A stretch of DNA of 64,000 nucleotides from Candidatus Aenigmatarchaeota archaeon (GCA_026397315.1 JAPLVC010000003.1:32001-96000); one strand, 5' to 3'. Shown: positions 28,870 to 38,547, numbered from the stretch's first letter. Numbers and translations are program-made. Notes: a model not told the origin generated them from the letters alone.

Positions 28870-29625
28870 TCATATAATATTCTTTCTTTTTTGGAAACAC
28901 ATATCGAGTTTGTTAATTTGAACTCTAAATCCAGTCCCATGATCATGTGATCTCCCATTTGGATATTGCCCTATCCGTATGTCAACGAGAATATCTCCGC
29001 TTTTCAATAGATTAATGAAATTATCGAAACTAAACTCACTAAGCAGCCAAGCTTCATTGAACCAGAATTCTTCATTTTTCCCGCTTCCTCTGCATTCTGC
29101 CTTAACGAATAACAACTGAGGGAACTTCTTCTCGAAACACTCCCTTAAAATTCTTCTATTCCAATACCCCAAAACTTCTTTCTTCTCTTCAGGTTTGTCA
29201 GTTAGATATTTCATTATATCCATTGGTGCAGGACCGCCAGACACAAGTTCTACCTTATCTTCGCTTACCTCAACTATGAATCCTTGTTTCCCTCTGAGAG
29301 TATTGAATTTTAATGTGCTTACCGTGGTATGCAGGTCTGGTTTTTCATTCCCTCTGGCTTGATACCCGAATCTTTTGAGAAGAACAGAATTGGCACCATC
29401 CGGCAAAGGCGATTTTGTGAATAGTGTCAGCATGCTTTTAGCGGTTTTCCTTGTAGACTTCAATTCAGCACCCTTCATATCGGGAGTTGGAATGTTATTT
29501 TCTGGTATCCCAGTGAGGTCTTCAAGCGTTTTCCCTATCCCAGTTGGACCAGCTCTATGAGTTTTAACCCATTTCCTTTCGTTTAGAAGTTTCAACTGTT
29601 CTACGACTTCCTCATATGTAAGCAT
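28870..29625 (-). CDS. MvaI/BcnI-family restriction endonuclease
   Basis: RAGPTGIGKTLEDLTGIPENNIPTPD..AELKS..TLFTKSP...HDHGTGFR; start set at MLTYEE. Confidence 0.92.
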   Translation of the reverse strand: MLTYEEVVEQLKLLNERKWVKTHRAGPTGIGKTLEDLTGIPENNIPTPDMKGAELKSTRKTAKSMLTLFTKSPLPDGANSVLLKRFGYQARGNEKPDLHTTVSTLKFNTLRGKQGFIVEVSEDKVELVSGGPAPMDIMKYLTDKPEEKKEVLGYWNRRILRECFEKKFPQLLFVKAECRGSGKNEEFWFNEAWLLSEFSFDNFINLLKSGDILVDIRIGQYPNGRSHDHGTGFRVQINKLDMCFQKRKNII

Positions 29626-29653
29626 ATTTATAATTGGTCGAGACATTAAAAAT

Positions 29654-29953
29654 ATGGCAAAACAGGTAAAGATTATCAAATGTCCATTTTGTAACGATGG
29701 TGACGTTGAGATTACGATGTTTACATCGGTTTTAAACAAAAGAACTGGACCATATGGCGGCAATAAGCCCAAATTTGAACGTTCAGCCGAGCAGATGTAT
29801 GTCAATACCATAAAGTGTCCAAAATGCGGGAGATCTGGCAAAGACATACAAAGAGTAATGAAAACCGGAAAAACAAAGCAATTATCTCACGAAGAACGCA
29901 TAGAAATGCTAAAAAAACGAGGCTTACCGCTTGTTCTCGATTCAAAAAACTGA
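29654..29953 (+). CDS. zinc-ribbon protein
   Basis: CPFC ... CPKCG. Confidence 0.7.
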   Translation: MAKQVKIIKCPFCNDGDVEITMFTSVLNKRTGPYGGNKPKFERSAEQMYVNTIKCPKCGRSGKDIQRVMKTGKTKQLSHEERIEMLKKRGLPLVLDSKN

Positions 29954-29965
29954 ATTTATTTTTAC

Positions 29966-30181
29966 TTACGCTTTCATAATTTTCTTCGCTTTGAGTTTGC
30001 CGTCTTTCGGTAAAATGACAATGATATTCTTCCCGATATGCCTTTTGTGGACGGACACGTAGCCCGTATTGCCGAGACGTTTTACTTTCTTGACAAACAC
30101 TTTCTCTACATCATCGACATGAACAGATATCGGAAGTTCGGCTTCGTCTTTCATTGTCGCTTCAACCCTAACAAATCCCAA
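29966..30181 (-). CDS. DUF2080-like transposon-associated protein
   Basis: KKVKRLGNTGYVSVHKRHIGKNIIVIL. Confidence 0.7.
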   Translation of the reverse strand: MGFVRVEATMKDEAELPISVHVDDVEKVFVKKVKRLGNTGYVSVHKRHIGKNIIVILPKDGKLKAKKIMKA

Positions 30182-30630
30182 CGGTTTAAATATTTTCCTT
30201 CTTTATCTCTGAACATTCTTATCGAAGTTTTATTATGTTTTTTACCGGTCTTCCCTGGTTTGTTCTTCCATTCAGCATGTTCAGTTTTTGTATATTTTGA
30301 GACATTCTTACACGGAACTACGAAGAATTCTGGCAATCTTCCTCTTTTCGCTTCATCTAAATTCACAAAGACATAGAAAAGGTTATCGGATTTAACTACT
30401 TCATCATTTTCAGAAAGTATCCACGCTCTCGGTGAATTCTTACCCAATGTTGCTTTAACCTGTATGGCTATTGGCTTTTTACCACCACTGTCTGAAACGA
30501 GGATGTCTATCCCCTTGGTGTTTCTTGAAGTAATCGTAGCGATATATCCCCGTCTCGTCAACTCACCGGCAACAAAATGGGTTCCAGAAATTCCGATTAG
30601 AGCTTTCGGAATCGATTTTGCATTATTCAT
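30151..30630 (-). CDS. PD-(D/E)xK-fold nuclease-like protein
   Basis: GISGTHFVAGELTRRG...GIDILV...IQVK...FYVFV. Confidence 0.7.
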   Translation of the reverse strand: MNNAKSIPKALIGISGTHFVAGELTRRGYIATITSRNTKGIDILVSDSGGKKPIAIQVKATLGKNSPRAWILSENDEVVKSDNLFYVFVNLDEAKRGRLPEFFVVPCKNVSKYTKTEHAEWKNKPGKTGKKHNKTSIRMFRDKEGKYLNRWDLLGLKRQ

Positions 30631-30815
30631 TATCCACCTCTTTTCCTTAAAACAACCTTTCCGTTTTCCATTATAAACACCAGTTCGTCGCCCTTCTTCC
30701 AATCAAGCGTTTTAATGATTGAAGTCGGTATGGTGACAAAATGCTTGACATATTCCTTGCTTCTTTTTTTATCTGCCAAAAGGTTGGTGCTTTTGAATGC
30801 TTGAATTCGCGGCAT
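30630..30815 (-). CDS. AbrB/MazE/SpoVT-family protein
   Basis: FVTIPTSIIKTLDWKKGDELVFIMENGKVVLRK. Confidence 0.85.
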   Translation of the reverse strand: MPRIQAFKSTNLLADKKRSKEYVKHFVTIPTSIIKTLDWKKGDELVFIMENGKVVLRKRGG

Positions 30816-30931
30816 ATTTGAAATTCAGAAGCTGGGTATAAATTGTTATGTTTAAACATTTTTTGGTGATATTTTTGCCATATATCGGTTTACAAAATTA
30901 TTGGTAACTTTTGTCATTTCCAACTACTGTC

Positions 30932-30999
30932 AGGCTTTGCACATTAAGTCCTTGATTTAAGCGACTATTTGTGCAGGAGCTACTATTTGTGCAAAGCCT
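30932..30999. repeat. 68-bp mini inverted-repeat element (MITE-like)
   Basis: Perfect 12-bp IR AGGCTTTGCACA/TGTGCAAAGCCT; internal direct repeat ACTATTTGTGCA at 30964 and 30982. Confidence 0.7.
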
Positions 31000-31019
31000 A
31001 CGCATCACGCACGCATCAG

Positions 31020-31610
31020 TCAGCCAGCATTCAGAACGTGTAACGTTATCGGCACGTTGGAGCCGAAATTAGTCGTGTTTTCCAGGCAGTCGCCGAACTT
31101 CATGTCCCTGCACGCGACCGCGTTATACATGTATGTCCCGGCAGGCGTGCCGTCGGGGATGCGTATTTTTATCGAATAAAGGTCCACGTATCCGTAGCTC
31201 ACGAGCGTCGAGTTATCCGGTTGTTCCATCATCACCCGCATGCGAGTGAGGAGCGGCTCGCACGTCGTGAAATGCAGGCACTGGTAAGCCGCCATCACGT
31301 CGAAATCCGCGGCTGAAGGGAATACCTTGGCGACGAACATGTGCGCCTCTTCATCGTCCGCGAAGTTGTTGAAGACGACGTCAAATCCCACCGTGTCATT
31401 CGCCTTCAGCCAGAACACGCCGTCGCCGTTTATCTTGAATGTGAAGTCATTCGACACGGATATCTGCGAGCCGTTGGTGGAATTATCCAGCGTTTTGTTG
31501 TAGTATTCGTATTCCGTGGTCTCGTTTACGTCCTTGACGCCTCTGCCGACACATCCGCTTGCCGCGACGAGCGCGACCAGCGCGAAAGCGATAACAAACG
31601 AAACTCTCAT
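31020..31610 (-). CDS. secreted lipoprotein-like protein
   Basis: Hydrophobic signal ending ASGC lipobox. Confidence 0.75.
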   Translation of the reverse strand: MRVSFVIAFALVALVAASGCVGRGVKDVNETTEYEYYNKTLDNSTNGSQISVSNDFTFKINGDGVFWLKANDTVGFDVVFNNFADDEEAHMFVAKVFPSAADFDVMAAYQCLHFTTCEPLLTRMRVMMEQPDNSTLVSYGYVDLYSIKIRIPDGTPAGTYMYNAVACRDMKFGDCLENTTNFGSNVPITLHVLNAG

Positions 31611-31668
31611 AATAACCAATTCCCCGAGCCCTAATAAATGATTAAAAGCTTGCAACGAAGATTTTAGC

Positions 31669-32100
31669 ATGAAGGCGCTCAAAACCTTCTACAGGGCAGT
31701 CCTGCCGTTTGATTATTCCGCGTTTAAGCCGGAGGAGCTTAACGAACATATGATAAACGTAATGGCAGGCGATCTTCACAAGAACCACGGCTATGACGTT
31801 TCCGTCAAAGGGAACATGATGAAGATAACGGTTCCAGACGGGGAAGATGGGATTTCAAAGATGCCGGGTTATATGCTGGAAGGCCTGAAGAAAGCCGGCC
31901 TGTGCATGGAGGAAGTTTTTGTTCTGGATGATCTGACAAAAGTGGAGCTTTTCGGCATCGAGATGAGGGCCAACCGCCGAGGAAAAACCATATTTCCCAT
32001 AGCCATGCACGAAGGAGGCGGCGTAGAGATAGTGTTAAGAGACTCGCCTTACAAGCCGGCCGTTTCTAGGAAAAAAGCAGCGCAGCGAAACCAGCGATAG
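31669..32100 (+). CDS. hypothetical protein
   Basis: 143 aa ORF filling the gap. Confidence 0.55.
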   Translation: MKALKTFYRAVLPFDYSAFKPEELNEHMINVMAGDLHKNHGYDVSVKGNMMKITVPDGEDGISKMPGYMLEGLKKAGLCMEEVFVLDDLTKVELFGIEMRANRRGKTIFPIAMHEGGGVEIVLRDSPYKPAVSRKKAAQRNQR

Positions 32101-32662
32101 CCAGAGCTAACGCGGCAAGCCATATCTTCTTGCTCCAGTCCATCACTTTCCTGCCGTCCAGCGGCCCGAACGGGATGAGGTTGAATATCGCCAGCCATCC
32201 GTTTACCGTGCCGATGAACGAGAACAGCTGGAAGCCTGTCCAGAAGTAAAGCGACAGGGAAAAATACATGACGCAGATGTTGAACACTATGCCTGCTATG
32301 CCTATTATGCCTATGTCCTCTATGGTCGGGTTCCTGAACATCCAGTAGCCCGCGAAGATGACCGCGCCCGGCGCGGCGAATATCATGTTCCCGTTCGACA
32401 CGAACGCCATGACCAGCGCTAGCAATAAACCCTGAGGCCACATCTTGTATGCCGAATAGAAGCCGCGTTTCCTGGCGATGTATCGATGCGCCATCTCGTG
32501 TCCGAAGAAGGCGATGCCTACTCCGAGAAGCGACGTGACTATGAATACAGGGCTCGTCAGGATTTCCGGATAGGCGAAAACGAAGGTCAGCACTGCCAGT
32601 GAAATCAGTATCTCCTTTATCTCCTGCCTCGTGAAATCGAATGGACTCAGCATGCTGTTCAT
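32066..32662 (-). CDS. site-2 (M50) membrane metalloprotease
   Basis: HEMAH and FNLIPFGPLDG. Confidence 0.92.
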   Translation of the reverse strand: MNSMLSPFDFTRQEIKEILISLAVLTFVFAYPEILTSPVFIVTSLLGVGIAFFGHEMAHRYIARKRGFYSAYKMWPQGLLLALVMAFVSNGNMIFAAPGAVIFAGYWMFRNPTIEDIGIIGIAGIVFNICVMYFSLSLYFWTGFQLFSFIGTVNGWLAIFNLIPFGPLDGRKVMDWSKKIWLAALALAIAGFAALLFS

Positions 32663-32833
32663 ATGCTCACCTTGAAACCGGCATTTAACCTATTGGAGTT
32701 TTTCTGTATTTAACTTTTTTCCTGTAAGTGGCCTTGTATTTCTTCCGCTTCTTGCTCTCGAAAAATTCAATCTTTCCCTCTTCCATATTCTCTAATTATC
32801 TCGTTTTTTAAATAAAGGCCCAATAAGATAATT

Positions 32834-33664
32834 ATGGCGCTCGAAGGGGACGTTTTCTTTTACGCACTGGCAGGGCTTGTAGCAGGACTAGTGCTTTTCA
32901 TCCTTGGCCTGAAGTGGTTCAGGCAGAAGCAGCTCATGGACAACACGCCGACTTCGAAGGTTCGCTCGTTAGCGATGGGGCTCGTCGAAATATACGGCGA
33001 GGTCGTGGCTGCCAAAGGACGGCTGCTCAAAAGCCCGTTCACTGACAACGACTGCGTATATTACAGATACACTATAGAGGAGCAGAGAAAAGGCAAGGGC
33101 GGCGGGATGTCGGGCATACCCGGCAGCGTAGTCATGGGCGAGAATCCAGGGAGCTTCGCCACCGGTGGCTCGTGGGCGGTCGTGCGCAAGGGCGAGGAGA
33201 GGACGCAGTTCTTTCTGAAGGACGAGACGGCTCTCGTTCTGGTCGACCCGGACGGCGCGAAGGTGGACATACCCAAGGACGCGGAATATAGTTCGGGCTT
33301 TGGCAGGGACCCGCCGGTTCAGGTCACCAATTTCCTCAAAAGCCAAGGCGTCAGCCACGAAAGCTTCTTCGGCCTCAACAAGACTATGAGATATCGCGAG
33401 TTCTTCATCGCCCCGAAAGACAAGCTCTACATAATGGGCACGGCTGGCGACAACCCGTTCGTGGACGAGCTTACCGCGAAGAACAGCGTCGACGACGTGA
33501 TGATACAGAAAGGCAAGAACGACAGGTTCTATTACATATCGGACAAGCAGGAGAAGGACATCGTATCCGGCCTGCGGTGGAAGTCGCTGGGAGGCATATG
33601 CGGCGGCATAGCGCTTGTCGCCATCGGGCTTTTTGTCATTTTCTTCCAGACCGGAATGCTGTAA
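32834..33664 (+). CDS. GIDE-domain membrane protein
   Basis: TPTSKVRSLAMGLVEIYG...SPFTDNDCVYY...FFLKDETA...YRE; terminal TMs; near lemA. Confidence 0.8.
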   Translation: MALEGDVFFYALAGLVAGLVLFILGLKWFRQKQLMDNTPTSKVRSLAMGLVEIYGEVVAAKGRLLKSPFTDNDCVYYRYTIEEQRKGKGGGMSGIPGSVVMGENPGSFATGGSWAVVRKGEERTQFFLKDETALVLVDPDGAKVDIPKDAEYSSGFGRDPPVQVTNFLKSQGVSHESFFGLNKTMRYREFFIAPKDKLYIMGTAGDNPFVDELTAKNSVDDVMIQKGKNDRFYYISDKQEKDIVSGLRWKSLGGICGGIALVAIGLFVIFFQTGML

Positions 33665-33670
33665 TCGCGC

Positions 33671-34081
33671 TTAAACATCATGAGCTAATTCACGTTCAAT
33701 GGCGTCATGCATCGTTTTCAGGTCTTTTACGTGGCTCAATATTCTTTTTTTCATCCATTCCTTATCCAAAGTTTCCTTGTCATATTCGTCATCTATAACT
33801 CCCAGTTCTTTAGCGTTATTGTAAGTTTTTTCGCCAACTCTTTCCTTGAATCTTACGCCATCCTGGTTGGCTTTTACAAGATCGAAATAGCCTTTTAACC
33901 CTTCGAGTTTATATCTCATGAGCCTTATGTCCCCTTCTAAATGCACACTCTTTTTTCCATTCGTTAGAAGTTGCGGAAGCTCAAGATATTTTTTTTCAAT
34001 TGGGTCGAAATACGCTCTTTTGAGAAGATCTATGCACACGTATTTTTTGCAATCTGGCGATATTCCAAAGTACATAAGCAT
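33671..34081 (-). CDS. hypothetical protein (AT-rich orphan)
   Basis: 136 aa ORF between GIDE gene and lemA. Confidence 0.5.
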   Translation of the reverse strand: MLMYFGISPDCKKYVCIDLLKRAYFDPIEKKYLELPQLLTNGKKSVHLEGDIRLMRYKLEGLKGYFDLVKANQDGVRFKERVGEKTYNNAKELGVIDDEYDKETLDKEWMKKRILSHVKDLKTMHDAIERELAHDV

Positions 34082-34145
34082 TTAAAAATGGAAAAAGTTT
34101 AATATACACATATTACATATAGACAGAATAGGATGGTGATGCCGT

Positions 34146-34715
34146 ATGGCGTTCGGTCTTGAGTTGATAATCTTGATTGTGCTTGGCCTTGTAGCTTTAG
34201 TCATTGTTTTCTACGTGATTTCCGTTTTCAACGGGCTGGTGCGCCTGAAGAACAACATCAAGAAGTCGCTCTCTAACATAGAAGTCTTATTGAAGCAGAG
34301 GGTCGACGAGCTGCCGAAGCTTATCGAATCTGTCAAAGGATACATGAAGCACGAGCGCGGCACGCTGACTGAGCTCACGAAAGCGCGAACTGAGTTCATG
34401 AACGCGAAGACGCTGCCTGAGAAAGCGAAAGCCGACGGCATCATATCCGGCGCGCTCAAGACGATATTCGCGGTCGCGGAGAACTACCCGAACCTCAAGG
34501 CGAACGAGAACTTCATTCAGCTCCAGACGAGGATAAGCGGCATCGAGAACGAGCTGGCTGACCGCCGCGAATTCTACAACGATTCCGTCAATACATACAA
34601 CATCCGCATACAGTCAATCCCTGATAGATTCGTCGCGGGCATGCTGGGCTACACGCCTGAAGAATTATTCAAGGCGACGGAAGCCGAGAAGCGCGACGTG
34701 GAAGTGAAGTTCTGA
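34146..34715 (+). CDS. lemA: LemA family protein
   Basis: FNGLVRLKN...HERGTL...AENYPNLKANENF...YN. Confidence 0.95.
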   Translation: MAFGLELIILIVLGLVALVIVFYVISVFNGLVRLKNNIKKSLSNIEVLLKQRVDELPKLIESVKGYMKHERGTLTELTKARTEFMNAKTLPEKAKADGIISGALKTIFAVAENYPNLKANENFIQLQTRISGIENELADRREFYNDSVNTYNIRIQSIPDRFVAGMLGYTPEELFKATEAEKRDVEVKF

Positions 34716-34782
34716 ACCGGGCTTTCGGTCAAAGCCGAACAAAAACGCAAGACTATTTAATGAGGCCTGCCAAGATTAGTGC

Positions 34783-37023
34783 ATGAAAGGCAAAATGGTT
34801 CTTGGCTCAAAAAAAGGTTTCGCAGGAATAGCTGTTTTTTTTGTTCTGGCTCTTCTGGTCAGCGGGACGGTCGCGTATTACGCTTACACTTCCAACCCGC
34901 AGCCGGTCGAACGGCTGGAAAAGTTCGGCTCGTGCAACGCTATAACCGACAAGCTGAAGGACATCCAGACCAGGACTCAGAATTATTACGCGCTGCAGGG
35001 CGGCCTTATGAGAACCTTCGGCGCAGTTGGCGCTCCAATGGCCATGGCCGAGAATGCGGCTAAGGATTCCAGCGCGAACGGTGCCGGAACTGGCGGTGGC
35101 GGAGTCGCTTACTCAGAGACTAACGTCCAGGTCGAGGGCGTAGATGAAGCGGACATAGTCAAGACTGACGGTCAGTATATTTACACCATAACGACTTCTT
35201 ACGGATATTACGGCAACCAAAACAGCACTCTTGTCATAGCAAAAGCATACCCAGCCGATGAAGCTGCGATACTAAGCGAGCTTGACCTTGGCGAATTCTA
35301 TCCTCAGGAAATGTTCATACAGAGCAATCACGTTCTCATATTCGGCAGCACGAACAAGCAGATTCCCCTCACCGAGGAAGAAATGGCTGCATCAGGCGGC
35401 TCGGGCAGTTCAGGCTCATCTGGCTCCGCAGCACCAGACTCTCCCACAGCGGAAAAAATGATAGCGCCACCTTATTATCAGCCCTATCGCTACATCCAGC
35501 TCGCAACCGTGAGAATCTACGACGTCGCGGACAAGGCCAATCCATCATTAGTCCGCTCTGTCGATTTCGAGGGCAATTACCTTTCATCGAGGAAGATTGG
35601 CTCATACGTTTATTTCATCGTTAACTCCTACCCGAACTACGCCATAATGCCGGTGCTTTACAGGGGCGCTGCCGCCACCGATGAAGGGCAGGCTTCAACC
35701 AGCGTAAGCGCAGAAGACATAGTGCCGGAATTCAGGGACAGGAAAGCAGGCGACGTTTCCAAGGAAACTGAACTGGTAAATACTGTTGGCTGCGACGAGG
35801 TGGCGTATTTCGAGCCGGTCAACCCCGAGAACTTCATAACCATAGCTTCAATTTCAATGGACGACACGCAAGCGGAAGTTGAGAAACAAGTCATAATGGG
35901 TTCCGGCCAGAGCGTTTATGCATCGCTTTCGAACATCTACATAGCGGAGACCAACTACCCGATGTGGATGGCTTACGACGAGACGAACCCGATCCAGCCG
36001 ACTGAGACGACGCTTATCCACAAGTTCGCGCTTAGCAACGGCCAGATAACGCACATCGGCCACATGGAGGCGCCGGGTCACATACTCAACCAGTTCTCCA
36101 TGGACGAGTACGATAGTCACTTCCGCATAGCCACGACCATAAGCGAAACCTGGTCGCGCATGGGACAGGAGGCGGCCAAGAGCAAGAACAACGTCTACAT
36201 ATTCGGCGACGACCTCAAGATGACAGGCAAGATCGAGGACATCGCTCCGGGCGAGAGCATTTACTCCGCGAGGTTCATGGGAGCGCGCGGCTACCTAGTC
36301 ACGTTCAAGAGAGTCGACCCGCTTTTCGTGCTCGACCTTTCGGACCCTTCGAATCCTCAGATACTGGGCAAGCTGAAAATCCCAGGCTATTCAGACTATC
36401 TCCACCCGTATGACGAAAACCACATAATCGGCATAGGCAAGGAAGTCGACGAGAGCATAGACGCGGACAAGGTCCACGAGTCAGATGCGGTCTACTACAC
36501 GGCGATACAGGGAGTCAAGATAGCGATATTCGACGTGACTGACGTCGCGAACCCTGTAGAGATGCACAAGGTCGTGATAGGAGACCGCGGGACCGATTCG
36601 TACGCCCTCAGCGACCACAAGGCTTTCTTGTTCGACAAGGAGAAGAACCTGCTGGTCGTTCCCATACTGCTGGCACAAATATCTGAGAAGCAGAAAGAGG
36701 AAGGCCTGCAACAGGGATGGCTGCCAGACGGCGAATACACGTACCAGGGCGCGTACGTTTACGACCTTACGCTGGAGAACGGGTTCCAGCTTAAAGGACG
36801 CGTTACGCATTACGACGACAACCAGACGTTCCAGAAGGCCGGATACTATTACTTCGGCGACGACTATTCGGTGAAGCGTTCGCTCTACATAGACAACATC
36901 CTATACACCATATCCGGCATGAAGATAAAGCTCAATTCGCTGGACGACGTGTCAGAGATAAAGCAGCTGGTCTTTACGAAGAATGTTTCGCAGTCGCCAG
37001 GACCTATTGAATACTTGAAATAA
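34783..37023 (+). CDS. secreted beta-propeller domain protein (Beta_propel-like)
   Basis: YSETNVQVEGVDEADIVKTDG, NQFSMDEY, IYSARF, LKIPGYSDYLHP. Confidence 0.9.
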   Translation: MKGKMVLGSKKGFAGIAVFFVLALLVSGTVAYYAYTSNPQPVERLEKFGSCNAITDKLKDIQTRTQNYYALQGGLMRTFGAVGAPMAMAENAAKDSSANGAGTGGGGVAYSETNVQVEGVDEADIVKTDGQYIYTITTSYGYYGNQNSTLVIAKAYPADEAAILSELDLGEFYPQEMFIQSNHVLIFGSTNKQIPLTEEEMAASGGSGSSGSSGSAAPDSPTAEKMIAPPYYQPYRYIQLATVRIYDVADKANPSLVRSVDFEGNYLSSRKIGSYVYFIVNSYPNYAIMPVLYRGAAATDEGQASTSVSAEDIVPEFRDRKAGDVSKETELVNTVGCDEVAYFEPVNPENFITIASISMDDTQAEVEKQVIMGSGQSVYASLSNIYIAETNYPMWMAYDETNPIQPTETTLIHKFALSNGQITHIGHMEAPGHILNQFSMDEYDSHFRIATTISETWSRMGQEAAKSKNNVYIFGDDLKMTGKIEDIAPGESIYSARFMGARGYLVTFKRVDPLFVLDLSDPSNPQILGKLKIPGYSDYLHPYDENHIIGIGKEVDESIDADKVHESDAVYYTAIQGVKIAIFDVTDVANPVEMHKVVIGDRGTDSYALSDHKAFLFDKEKNLLVVPILLAQISEKQKEEGLQQGWLPDGEYTYQGAYVYDLTLENGFQLKGRVTHYDDNQTFQKAGYYYFGDDYSVKRSLYIDNILYTISGMKIKLNSLDDVSEIKQLVFTKNVSQSPGPIEYLK

Positions 37024-37053
37024 GCCGGTTTTTTTGCGGCTTTTTCTTTCCCT

Positions 37054-37248
37054 TTATTTTTTCCACTTCTTGCCGAACCTGCCCACGTTCATCGCGACCA
37101 GCCAAACGGCAATCATCATTATGGCGAAGAACGCAGGCGCGTACGCGCGGAACGCTTCAAGCGTCGAGCCGAACCACAACACCATTATGACGGACACCAG
37201 AACCAGTATTATCATGATGTTCAGGTCGCGCTCTTTCTCGTAGTCCAT
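37054..37248 (-). CDS. small membrane protein
   Basis: Two TM segments, basic tail. Confidence 0.6.
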   Translation of the reverse strand: MDYEKERDLNIMIILVLVSVIMVLWFGSTLEAFRAYAPAFFAIMMIAVWLVAMNVGRFGKKWKK

Positions 37249-37310
37249 GCATATTATTTGTGAGCGGCGGAATAAATCCATATTAAATACGCTGACAATA
37301 TTAACACATC

Positions 37311-38036
37311 ATGAAGCCGCTTACATTGTCGCCGTCGTCCATCTCCATTTTCAGGGACTGTCCGCGCTGCTTCTGGCTGCAGTTCAACCGTGGCATAAAG
37401 AGGCCGGACACGATTTTCCCCTCGCTTCCGGCGGGCATGGACCGGGTCCTGAAGATGCATTTCGACAGGCACAGGGCCGACCGCTCGCTTCCGGAGGAGC
37501 TGCACGGCAAGTTCCAGGGCTCGCTGTTCGACGACCTTAAACTCCTGGAAATATGGCGCAACAACTACAAGGGCTTGCGCTACAAAGACGAGCGGACCGG
37601 CGCCACGCTCATGGGCGCGCTCGACGATCTTTTCGTGACCAGCGAAGGGAAATACGCGCCGCTGGACTTCAAGACACGTGGCTACCCGAGGAAAGACGAT
37701 ACTCATTCGTATTACCAGCACCAGATGGACATATACTCGTTCCTGCTGGAGAAGAATTCGCTGGTCCCTGCGGATTTCGCGATCCTCATATTCTTCCACC
37801 CGACCGGCGTCGACGAGCGGCATAACGTCATCTTTGACGCAGACCCTGTGAAAGTCGCGGTAGACCGCGCGCGCGGCGAGAAGCTTTTCCTGTCCGCGGT
37901 CGCATGCCTTAACGGGGCAGAGCCGCCGTCGGCGAAGGAATGCGGTTTCTGCCAGTGGGCGGAGAAGCTGAACCATAAGGAAGAGAAGCAGGCAAACAAA
38001 ACGGAAAAGAAAAACAACCTTTTCGATTTCGCCTGA
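37311..38036 (+). CDS. PD-(D/E)xK (RecB/Cas4-like) nuclease
   Basis: LSPSSI..DCPRCF...GALDDL...LDFKT...QMDIY...CGFC. Confidence 0.88.
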   Translation: MKPLTLSPSSISIFRDCPRCFWLQFNRGIKRPDTIFPSLPAGMDRVLKMHFDRHRADRSLPEELHGKFQGSLFDDLKLLEIWRNNYKGLRYKDERTGATLMGALDDLFVTSEGKYAPLDFKTRGYPRKDDTHSYYQHQMDIYSFLLEKNSLVPADFAILIFFHPTGVDERHNVIFDADPVKVAVDRARGEKLFLSAVACLNGAEPPSAKECGFCQWAEKLNHKEEKQANKTEKKNNLFDFA

Positions 38037-38075
38037 TGCGCCACATTTAAATAATCGGTCCTCAATAATTATTTC

Positions 38076-38537
38076 ATGAAAACTTTGGTCATTTTTTATT
38101 CGCGCACAGGTAACACTAGAAAAGTCGCTGATGAAATAGCGAAAGTGTTTGGCTGCGACACTGAGGAACTCGCGGACACCAAGAAGAGAGCGGGCATTTT
38201 GCATTACCTGTCATCTGGCCGAGACGCCCAGAAGGAGATGCTAACGACTCTCGTGGAGCCGAAAAACGACCCTTCCAAATACGATCTCGTCGTAATAGGC
38301 ACTCCCGTGTGGGCAAGCAAGATGTCAGTCCCCGTCAGAGCATATCTGCATCTTAAGAAGGATAGTTTCAAGAAAGTCGCCTTCTTCTACACCGCGGGCA
38401 GCCAGAACGACAAAATATTCCCGGACATGAGCAAGGTCTGCGGCAAAACGCCTGTCGCGACTCTCGGCCTGTCAGCAGCGGAAATCAGGAAAGGCGACAG
38501 CGCCCAGAAGATAAAAGAGTTTTTGGAAAAATTGTAA
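38076..38537 (+). CDS. flavodoxin-like protein
   Basis: YSRTGNTRKVA, GTPVW. Confidence 0.9.
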   Translation: MKTLVIFYSRTGNTRKVADEIAKVFGCDTEELADTKKRAGILHYLSSGRDAQKEMLTTLVEPKNDPSKYDLVVIGTPVWASKMSVPVRAYLHLKKDSFKKVAFFYTAGSQNDKIFPDMSKVCGKTPVATLGLSAAEIRKGDSAQKIKEFLEKL

Positions 38538-38547
38538 ACCACCCATC

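Larger units (their letters stand above)
24060..30929. mobile_element. AT-rich cargo transposon or island bounded by imperfect TIRs, with ISH3-like transposase
   Basis: 24060-24082 vs reverse complement of 30907-30929 match 17/23; TCAG flanks both ends; compositional shift spans the interval. Confidence 0.7.

Noticed and set aside
29626-29847. N-terminal extension of the 325-aa endonuclease ORF
   Set aside because: It overlaps the divergent zinc-ribbon gene; family similarity begins at MLTYEE (29625).
37311-38036. Cas4-like nuclease as sign of a CRISPR locus
   Set aside because: No repeat-spacer array or other cas genes seen in the window; solo nucleases of this type are common.
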